A DNA stretch of 64,000 nucleotides from Mytilus edulis (taxonomy: Eukaryota): assembly GCF_963676685.1 (NCBI RefSeq), contig NC_092351.1, forward strand, positions 29,326,001 to 29,390,000, given 5' to 3'. A program made the translations under genes and the position numbers. Below the pieces are notes generated by a model that was given only the letters and a program-made list of their open reading frames with translations, was not told the DNA's origin and made no database searches. Positions 13,493-23,260 of the stretch are shown here, piece after piece; the first letter of the stretch is position 1, and every line of letters begins with the position of its first letter.

Positions 13493-15595
13493 GGGAAAAC
13501 GGTAGTATTTAATTTTCCCAGCATTAGGTTGGCCTTTTGTGTACCCAAGGCAGGTGAAGGAAGTCAAATTAGGAGCGCTGTGATTGGATGTAAGGGTACA
13601 ATATATTTTTTTATTTATCTATGAATAACTGCAGTGTGTATATTTACAATATAAATTTTAAAACCTATTGAAATATTTTCTAGAGAATTATTCGAAAAGA
13701 CTTGCAAAATTTCATAAATTTGGTGCAAAATGACGGTGGGCATGGATAACATAAACAAGCTCCGTTGGAAGTTGGTCATGATACTATTTGGCTTTAATTT
13801 TTAAAACAGAGTAATAAAGTACTAACACAACATATAACTGTTTTATCCAGGTTTTTATCTTAAAAAGTGGTAAATTTAGAAAATGTTAGCATTGTCGCCA
13901 ATGGCAGAATAAATAGTACCGTTTTCCCTATACTGAAGATAGCAAGGGAAATCAAGGCACTCAGACTTCAATTCTTTTATACTATTTTGAAGCTTTTGAT
14001 TAGTACATTTGATTTTTATCACAAAGAATAGAAATTTTTCACTGAGAACAATACTGTGTTGAGAAAAGTGCTGAGTCATCATGATAGGTCAAATTGATTG
14101 GTAATGATATAAAACTTTATTCTAGGATGTCAATATTAACTATATTGTGTAAAATGCACCATATTATAGTTCTTTTGTATTTGATTTCACCTTTCGCAAT
14201 GATTTTTTCAATTGGAAACACCAGAATTCAAGTCGCGACAAATATTTTTTACTGAAATGTTTGCCTTTTTTGCTGCGTAATTCCCTAAATGTATAACTTG
14301 GGTATTTCTGTAAACATAATCTATTAAAATGGGAAATAGTCTGGTTTAGTTTGTACTGTTTATGGAATTAGGCAATATTTGGTCACATTGAAAGCATTTT
14401 CAGTGTTAGAATTGTTCATCTAAGAAAAAAAGAGGCCCACTTGAGGCTAAATTTACATAGAATTTATACTCTCCTGTGTAAAGAATTGTTCACATTCTTG
14501 ATAATGCATGCAGCAAATATTTCAAAAGTGCTTCATTTTGTAGTTTCTTTCTTTTATTATATCAGACATAACTAATTTTTCATTTCCTACTGTTTGAAAG
14601 GACTTTTGTTGGAAATTAATACTCCCAAGGGACATAATTCAGCTTTTTCATTGATTAATACAGGCAACAAAGGCAACTTTACAGCTGAGTAGTTTGCATA
14701 TTTAATGTTTAAAGTGTCTAATATCTTTGTTTTCATCATCTCAAGACAGAATAATAGATTTTATAACAAGCTCTAAAAATTTTAACCACAATATGGCATA
14801 TACTAAAGCATGGAATGGAGATTAGTATGAAAAATCTTGAATTTGTGCATTTCTTGTAAATTTTTGATAAAATGAATACAAATTGAATGGAACTGTCCAT
14901 TTTATCTGTTTAAACGGAACTATTTATCATTCTTTTTAAATAAGATAAGATATGATTGGATACAGGTTGTTTATTAAGGCTTTTCTGAAAGAAGTAGAGA
15001 ATGAGGTAAACCAGCATGTAGGGGTGGGGACATAAAATGATCTATGTTTCTTCAAGTACTGGGGACATACAAGTATTTATTATAGCCAAGGTTTTCACAA
15101 TAGCCTAGTATTGCATTAATACTGTCATAAGAATTCTTTATATCTTTATGTCACAGTATAGGGAAAACGGTAGTATTTAATTTTCCCAGCATTAGGTTGG
15201 CCTTTTGTGTACCCAAGGCAGGTGAAGGAAGTCAAATTAGGAGCGCTGTGATTGGATGTAAGGGTACAATATATTTTTTATTTATCTATGAATAACTGCA
15301 GTGTGTATATTTACAATATAAATTTTAAAACCTATTGAAATATTTTCTAGAGAATTATTCGAAAAGACTTGCAAAATTTCATAAATTTGGTGCAAAATGA
15401 CGGTGGGCATGGATAACATAAACAAGCTCCGTTGGAAGTTGGTCATGATACTATTTGGCTTTAATTTTTAAAACAGAGTAATAAAGTACTAACACAACAT
15501 ATAACTGTTTTATCCAGGTTTTTATCTTAAAAAGTGGTAAATTTAGAAAATGTTAGCATTGTCGCCAATGGCAGAATAAATAGTACCGTTTTCCC
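13493..15595. mobile_element. Non-autonomous composite DNA transposon with long terminal direct repeats (KolobokP-like)
   Basis: Near-identical repeats 13493-13928 and 15161-15595, each with its own TIRs gggaaaacggtagtattt / aaatagtaccgttttccc. Outer 4-bp TSD TGAA; TATA at both inner junctions. Confidence 0.85.
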
Positions 15596-15844
15596 TGAAC
15601 AGACATGTTCAGTTCCCGATCCAGTTTAATTATAACTACTTAATGACGTATACATATATGAAACAGAGGCTGTAACCGAGTATAAATAGAATACAGATTT
15701 AGCACACGTGAGAGATATCTTTCAGTACATTTGAACTTGTTTGCTAGAAATGGTCGAGTTATCTCTCCTTGTACTAGAAAAAATGTATTTACTATATTTT
15801 ATCATGTTAATTAATTTGTGTTTGTTTTTGTTTTTAATTTGCAG

Positions 15845-17463
15845 GTTACAAGCATTTGTATTCTCTGGGTAATTCGCCAATAAACGTCGATGAAGTAAAG
15901 AAAGCTCTCAAAAATTACCCACATCAAGAGGTTGCGCGAGACCTGATACAAGGTCTCGAAGCTGGGTTTAAACTAAAATACTCCGGTCCGAGACTTCCTA
16001 TGGATATAGATTCTAAAGAAATGAATGGGGAGAAAGCCACCATAGCCAGGGACAAAATCCTTAAAGAAATGAACCTGGGTAGGGTAGCTGGTCCTTTTTC
16101 AGAACCTCCGTTCCCCACCTTTCGTGTTTCTCCGATCTCGGTTATCCCTAAAAAATCTAGTTCAGAATTCAGGTTAATTCATAATTTGTCCTTTCCTATA
16201 AATCACTCCGTTAATGACTTTATTGACAAGCAGTACTGTTCTGTAAAATACTCAAGTATAGCTATAGACGACGCTGTCAATATGATTCACAGATTGAAAA
16301 AGAACACGCTCTTGGCCAAGTGCGACGTAAAATCGGCTTTTCGTTTGCTAAGACTCTCTCCGGGTGATTTTGATCTGATGGGGTTCAAATTTGAGAATCA
16401 ATATTTCTTTGATAAATGCCTCCCAATGGGGGCCAGTATTAGCTCGGCGCTATTTGAATCCTTTTCCACCGCCTTGCATTGGGTTGTACAGCAACAGTCA
16501 AAAAACGACAATATTTTACATTATTTGGACGATTTTCTGTTTGGAGGCGAGGCACGAACTTCTCAATGCCACGACACTCTAAAGTGTTGCCAGGATTCTT
16601 GTAAACTTTGAGGGGTTCCGTTAGCAGAGAAAAAAACCGTCGAGCCAACGGAAGTGTTGATATTCCTTGCTATTGAATTTGACACAATCAACATGATAAT
16701 GCGTCTCCCCGAAGACAAACTTATTGAGTTAAAAGCCAGAATTTCTTATTGTTTAGGTAGATCCAAAATCACCCTTCGGGATTTACAATCTTTGATTGGT
16801 ATACTAAATTTTGCATGTCAAGTAATTGTCCCGGGTCGAGCCTTTTGTCGTCGTTTGATTGACGCCACTTGCAATTTGCGTAGGCCCCATCACAGAACCA
16901 GAATAACTAAGGCTATGAAAGAAGACCTTAATATTTGGTTACTATTTCTATCAAACTACAACGGTACTACCGTAATTCTGGATAAATTCTGGTCATCAAA
17001 CTCAGATCTCGAATTGTTCACTGACAGTGCAGGTGGGGTCGGAAAAGGCTTTGGTATTTATTTTGAAGGGAAATGGGCCCAGGCGAGTTGGCCCCACAAT
17101 TGGATAAATTCTGGAATTTTAACCGATATTACCTTTCTAGAACTGTTCCCTGTAATCGTTGCTTTGGACATTTGGGGAGGCATGTTAAAAAACAAGAAAA
17201 TTTTATTTCACATAGATAACCAGAGCGTAGTTTCTATAATCAATAAAAAGTCTTCAAAGTCGACAAGTGTTATGTCCCTAATCAGAAAACTTGTATTGGC
17301 CTGCTTGGAATGCAACATATTGATTAAAGCCGAACATATCCCAGGTCATTTGAATTCTCTTGCTGACTCCCTCTCTCGTTGTGATTTTCAGAAGTTCCGG
17401 AAACTATGCCCCACAGCAGATGCAAACCCATACTCGATTCCGGCCCATCTCTGGAATGTTTAA
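15845..17463 (+). pseudogene. pol: Reverse transcriptase-RNase H (DIRS/Ngaro type) with one premature stop (TGA 16609-16611, probably TGG)
   Basis: FRLIHNLS, KCDVKSAFR, LPMG and HYLDDF motifs; RNase H LFTDSA, ITFLELFP, IDNQSVV and NSLADSLSR. The two listed ORFs share one frame. No ATG at the start of the frame; acceptor tttgcag ends at 15844. Confidence 0.92.
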
Positions 17464-18374
17464 AAGACGAGGCAGACCTATTACTTAAATGTTCAATGGC
17501 TCCGAACTCCTGGAAAACTTATAAAACAGCAGTAGAATGTTTAAAAAAGTTTCGCATTATTTATAACAATCGCGATATTTGGCCGGTACCTATCGTCGAA
17601 ATAGCTCAATTCATAGCATACCTGTCGTACAAAGGTTTCTCTGCGTCTACTGTTTCTACCTACATCTCTGGATTGGCCCACACACACAAGATTAACAATG
17701 TAACAGATAACACGAAATCATTCATCATCTGCAAAATGATTGAAGGATTGCGTAGAAAAAATCCGCAAAAACCAGATGTTCGAACGCCGATATCGTTGGA
17801 CTTGTTAAAACGTTTAATTCACAGTCTACGGAACGTCTGCAATTCTCAATATGAAACTATATTGTTTTCTTCGGCTTTTTCTCTTGCGTATTTCGCCATG
17901 CTACGGGTAAGTGAGTTGGCTATAAACAGTCGTACTGACGAAAGCGGACATGCATTGAAATGTGAAGATATCACTTTTGATAAGAGTAAGGGTCAAACCG
18001 AATTACATGTAAAAATATGCAGCTCAAAAACCGATCAAAAGCATACTTCCATAACCCTGATCATTCAAAGCCATGCAGATTCGAATATCTGTCCAATCAC
18101 GCTATTACAATCTTACTTGCAGGTTCGCTACTCCGGCGTAAATGGATCAAATAAATTATATACACATTTTAATGGTTTGGCCTTAACAAAATATCAATTT
18201 TGTTCCCTGCTTCAAAAATGTTTGGGTTTCTGTGAACTACCGTTCCACATTCGTTCTCATTCTTTTCGGATAGGACGAGCTACTGATATGGCAAAAAATG
18301 GTGTTAAAGACGATATTATCAAGCAGTGCGGCCGATGGTCTTCCGTTGCATATTTACGCTATATTCGTATCTGA
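17392..18374 (+). CDS. Tyrosine recombinase, overlapping the RNase H C-terminus
   Basis: Open frame with catalytic R (MLRVSE), K (SKTDQ), HxxR (SHSFRIG), GRW and Y (AYLRYIR). Confidence 0.93.
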
Positions 18375-18447
18375 GTCTTAAATTTAACTTTCATTACAGC
18401 TCAAACGAAGTGTTTTTAATATTATAATACATATTACCTCCTTTTAG

Positions 18448-19046
18448 GTTCAAAAGCTATTTGGTTCGTCGGATCTTCAATTGTATATTGGGCACAGACA
18501 AATGCAAAAACGAGATACGGGGGCCCAAACATTGGTCTTCAAAGCAGAGGGGTGTACATACGCTGGTTTGGAAAAAGGGGTATGTTGTGGAATGATTTTA
18601 ATGCCAAGGTATCCCATGCAGTTGACAAATTTTCTCCTCCCGCCATGATAATCATTCAGCTTGGTTCCAATGATCCGGTCAAAGTTAAATCTTTGGAACT
18701 CATCCAAAATATTGAAAGGGATATTCTGCGTCTGCATTTACTTCTACCTAACACTCGCATCGTATGGAGTGAAATGTTAATGCGAAGGTATTGGCACGGT
18801 GCTACAGATGGAAAAGCTATCGAAAGATCTCGAAAACGAGTAAACTCGGCTATTAACAATTATGCCTTGAATGATGGGCACTGTGTTATTCAGCATCCTA
18901 ATATCCGAGCTCGAGAGATGAACTTGTATAGATATGACGGAACTCACTTATCCGATATTGGTTATGATATATACTTGAATAACATACAAGGGGGTATTGA
19001 AACTTTCCTATCATCTCAAAAAATTCGGCGTTTCCCGGAAGTATAA
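18448..19046 (+). CDS. SGNH/GDSL hydrolase
   Basis: The frame opens upstream of the listed ORF to include WFVGSS (block I), then GKRG, QLGSND and DGTH. It starts at acceptor ccttttag (18447). Confidence 0.88.
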
Positions 19047-19099
19047 TTTAAAATAGAATTTCTTATGGTTTTCAAGGGGTTAAAAAAAAGGGGGGGTAT

Positions 19100-21100
19100 T
19101 TAATGAGTGTGTATAGACTCACTCACGTGGCAAGATTAAGGGGTCATGATCCGTTCCTGTATTGTACGTCGGATCATATTAGTTTTTTACTTTCCTGCGT
19201 TACCGCAGGAAGTTCTGTTGAGACCATCTCATGTCTACCCTGAGTGGACCAGACACAAGTTGTTTCCTTTTTCCTTTTTCCTTTTTCGATATTCAAATTT
19301 TGAAAAATATTTGAAGTCCAAACTGAAACACAAAATTTTTTTTTTCTCCCAAAATTTTTTTTCTTCAAATTTTTTTTTCTTCAAAAAATTTTTTTTCTCA
19401 AAATCTTTTTTCCTCAAAATATTTTTTGCTCAAAATTTTTTTTGCTCAAAATTTTTTTTTCTCAAAAAATTTTTTTCTCCCAAAATTTGTTTTCCTCAAA
19501 AAATTTTTTCACCTCAATTTTTTTCCCCTCATTTATTTGGTTTCTGTTTCCTAATTCGATTTTCATTTCCTTATTCGAATTCTATTTCCTTATTCGATTT
19601 TCATTTCCTTATTCGCTTTCTATTTCCTTATTGGGTTCCCCTATTTTCTTATTCGGTTTCTATTTCCTTATTCGATTTTCATTTCCTTATTCAGTTTCTA
19701 TTTCCTTATTCGATTTTTATTTCCTTATTCGATTTTTATTTCCTTATTCGCTTTCTATTTCCTTATTCGATTTTCATTTCCTTATTCTGTTTCTATTTCC
19801 TTATTCGGTTTCTATTTCCTTATTGGTTTCTATTTTATTCGGTTTCTATTTCCTTATTCGGTTTCTATTTCCTTATTCGATTTTCATTTCCTTATTGGGT
19901 TTTTAATTCCTGATTGGGTTTCTATTTCCTTATTCGATTTTCATTTCCTTATTTGGTTTCTATTTCCTTATTTGATTTTCATTTTCTTATTCGGTTTCTA
20001 TTTCCTTATAAATAGCAAATAAGCAAATACAAACTGAATAAGGAAATAGAAACCGAATTAGGAAATGAAAATAGAATAAGGAAATAGAAACCCAATAAGA
20101 AAATGAAAATCGAATAAGGAATTAGAAACCGAATAAGGAAATAGAAACAGAATAAGGAAATGAAAATCGAATAAGGAAATAGAAACCAAATAAGGAAATA
20201 AAAATCGAATAAGGAAATAGAAACCGGATAAGGAAATGAAAATTTAATAAGGAAATAGAAACCGAATAAGAAAATAGGGGAACCCATTAAGGAAATAGAA
20301 AGCCAATAAGGAAATGAAAATCGAATAAGGAAATAGAAAGCGAATAAGTTAATGAAAATCGAATAAGGAAAAAGAAACTGAATAAGGAAATAGAAACCCA
20401 ATAAGGAAATAGAAACCAAATAAGAAAATGAAAATCGAATAAGGAAATGGAAACCAAATAAGGAAATAGAAACCCAATAAGAAAATAGAAAACAAATAAG
20501 GAAATGAAAATCGAATAAGGAAAAAGAAACCGAATAAGGAAATGAAAATCGAATTAGGAAACAGAAACCAAATAAGAAATGAGGGGACAAAAATTGAGGT
20601 GAAAAAAAATTTGGACAAAAACAAATTTTGGTGGAAAAAAAAATTTTGAGGAAAAAAAATTTGGGGAGAAAAAAATTTTTTGAGAAAAAAAAAATTTTCA
20701 GGAAAAAAAATTTGAGGAAAAAAAATTTTGTGTTTCAGTTTGGACTTCAAATGTTTTTCAAAATTTGAATATCGAAAAAGGAAAAAGGAAAAAGGAAACA
20801 ACTTGTGTCTGGTCCTGAGTGGCCGGTTCTGAATTGGTACCAGTTCGAGCTTAACTGTTTGTTTAATCTAGAAATTGTTAAATTGTTAATCTTTACTCCC
20901 CTGAAACCAGGGGGTGATGCGAATAAGACCCGACGTATTTGGGGATCATGGCCCTCGTTCTCTTTAGGATTTAACCTGGAGGAACTTGAGCATCCATTGC
21001 TACCAATGGTGCACAGATTTGTCAGTTAAATCAATCATGTCGGCATTCTGTTATCATGTCAGACCTCGTCATTCAAAGTGAACTGTGGCCGTTAATTCCA
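19100..21100 (+). other. Structured 3' non-coding region of the YR element (split by the foldback insertion)
   Basis: Nested long-range stems 19141-19152/20943-20954 and 19165-19180/20922-20937, plus several local hairpins. Confidence 0.6.
19248..20813. mobile_element. Foldback-type non-autonomous DNA transposon (MuDR/FB-like)
   Basis: About 760-bp inverted arms starting accagacacaagttg, built of T-tracts and ~20-bp ttccttattcgattttcatt-type subrepeats. 9-bp TSD CCTGAGTGG (19239-19247, 20814-20822). Confidence 0.9.
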
Positions 21101-21151
21101 CATAAATTGCTTGTTTGTTATGCTTTGCCTTAAACTTGATTCTTTAATTAA

Positions 21152-21330
21152 ATCTTCAGTTAAAGCATCTTTCTTCGTTTTTCTCTCAATAAATGTCCAA
21201 CATGACTTTCAGAAGTTAATATTTGGATACATACTCTTTTCGATAGCTGTTTAAGGGGAAGTCCCAAAATTCTTGAAAGCAAAGTTTTCTTTCGATCTTT
21301 TTTTTTTGGTTAACCAGTGCCCTCTGTGAA
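21152..21330 (-). pseudogene. N-terminal continuation of the interrupted transposase gene
   Basis: IERKTKKDALTED reads in frame into LVKKIAYNFW across the empty site. Confidence 0.75.
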
Positions 21331-21509
21331 CACTGTCCTATTTAAAAATTTACTGTCTACAAATTTTTGAATTTTTAGAAATACTGAGGCTTTTCTACCT
21401 CAGGCATAGATTACCTTAGCTGTATTTGGCAAAACTTTTAGGAATTTTGATCCTCAATGCTCTTCAACTTCGTACTTTATATGGCCTTTTTAACTTTTTT
21501 AGATTCGAG

Positions 21510-21555
21510 CGTCACTGATGAATGAGTCTTTTGTAGACGAATCGCGCGTCTGGCG
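21510..21555 (+). ncRNA. Type I hammerhead ribozyme (variant, GAAT instead of GAAA)
   Basis: cgtca-CTGATGA-atga-gtc[ttttgta]gac-GAAT-cgcgcg-TC-tggcg. Confidence 0.75.
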
Positions 21556-21878
21556 TATATACTAAATTTCGTCCTGGTATCTATGATGAGTTTATTCACA
21601 ACCACTGGGTCGATGCCACTGCTGATGGAGATTTATTTCCCCGAGGGTATCACAAGCCCATTAGTCAGCACTTTTTGTGCTGACATAAATTGACATTGAT
21701 ATGGTTATATTTATAAATTTACTGTCTACAATTTTTTTAATTTTTAGAAATACTAAGGCTTTTCTACCTCAGGCATAGATAACCTTAGCTGTATTTGGCA
21801 AAAATTTTAGGAATTTTGATCCTCAATGCTCTTCAACTTCGTACTTTATTTGGCCTTTTTAACTTTTTTGGATTCGAG

Positions 21879-21924
21879 CATCACTGATGAATGAGTCTTT
21901 TGTAGACGAAACGCGCGTCTGGTG
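21879..21924 (+). ncRNA. Type I hammerhead ribozyme
   Basis: catca-CTGATGA-atga-gtc[ttttgta]gac-GAAA-cgcgcg-TC-tggtg. Stem I covaries with the first copy. Confidence 0.82.
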
Positions 21925-22799
21925 TATATACTTAATTTAGTCCTGGTATCTATGATGAGTTAATCCTTAACTTTTTTTATTACAAATACTGTTACGCAAG
22001 TCTTTTAACCCTCGTTGTGGTCAATGCTAATGATGGTAAGTTTTTTTAAATAAAGACATTTTGAATGATCGCAAAATGAGATAAATGTCCAAATGGAGCT
22101 TATTTAAAAGCAACCAATGGTCTCCGTAGACTCTTCAACAATCAAAAGTTATAAAAGGGCCCAACATGAAAAATTGTGATCAAATATACGAAAAAAAAAG
22201 GTTTGATTTTTTGACAAAACAATAAACAGAAAACAAATTTGAAGGACACTAACACACAACAACTACTGACTTACAGGCTCGACATCTAATAAGCACACGT
22301 AGAATATAAAAGGGTGAAATACGACTGTGTCTTTTCAATGCTTCTCTAACCTTGTAGGTCGAGTTGCACAACAGCACAGTAATGGTATCGGTAGGTGCTT
22401 TAAGATTTTCAGTTAGTGGAAACCTATGAAGAAATGTGTGTATAGCCAGTCAAGGTCGTTAAAAACTTCCATTTGTTGTAGAGCAAAACAGAAATCAATC
22501 AGACTGTAGTGCTATATATATGTGTGTAGGTTTAGAAGAGCGACAGGTTAAACTTTTCCAAAAATTCTTTTTAAAACATTTATAACTGGCTTACAAAGTA
22601 GTGTTTATAAAAGTATAAGTGAATACTTGCACTACCAATACCCCATTGTAAAACACGCTCACATACACATACACCAACACAATATACACAAAACAACCCC
22701 AAACAACCCACATAAACACAATTTCTGTTCTATACTCATGAGCAATACCTCTACTAAGACAAGTGTGCTCTAAGTTATTATATTGTCCAATTGCTTGAT

Positions 22800-23260
22800 G
22801 TGTTTTATGTTTTGATTTTGCCATTTGACAAGGTTCCACACAACCGTTTACTATATAAATTTAAATTTTTCGATGTATCAGATAAAGCTGCAAACTGGAT
22901 AAAATCTTTCCTTTCAAATCGTACACAGACAGTTATGCTAGAAAACCATTCCTCTGACAACATACCAGTTACATCAGGTGTTCTGACATACTGACATATT
23001 AATCAAAAGCTAATCAATCACCAGGTCTAGCCACGAACAAACATACCGACAAATTCGATGCAGCAAAGACAGTTACAAATTTTCATTTTTCTGCCAAACT
23101 ATAAAGGACTGGAACAAATTACCTGAACCAATAGCCTGCAGCACCACTACTGAGTGCTTCAAGGAGAAACTCACCAGAGAGATGCTCCTTGACACTTACA
23201 AACACCTACATGTTTTATATGTATCTTGTTTTTATTTTATACCAACAAATAAAAATAAAA
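22800..23260 (+). mobile_element. Internally deleted CR1/L2-type LINE fragment
   Basis: FDKVPHNRLLYK...WIKSFLSNRTQTV...VTSGV, then the C-terminal YKFSFFCQTIKDWNKLP and an A-rich tail. Confidence 0.75.

Larger units (their letters stand above)
12030..21151 (+). mobile_element. Tyrosine-recombinase retrotransposon, Ngaro-like gene content (gag, RT-RH, YR, SGNH)
   Basis: Four recognisable ORFs. Ends are defined by the empty site: ctttacTAA(12027-12029) + atcttcagt(21152-) restores the host frame KDALTEDLVKKIAYNFW. Confidence 0.93.
21347..21961 (+). mobile_element. Tandem 369-nt hammerhead-ribozyme units (non-LTR retrozyme-like), about 1.7 copies
   Basis: Direct repeat with period 369; each unit carries a type I hammerhead motif. 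Confidence 0.85.

Noticed and set aside
13493-15595. LTR retrotransposon or TRIM
   Set aside because: The repeats end GGG...CCC with long TIRs, not TG...CA, and no PBS or PPT is evident.
17406-18374. Phage integrase or bacterial contamination
   Set aside because: It overlaps DIRS-type RNase H within a eukaryotic retroelement surrounded by animal repeats.
19146-20801. Long Phe/Ser/Ile-rich ORFs on both strands
   Set aside because: By-products of the T-rich subrepeats of the foldback element.
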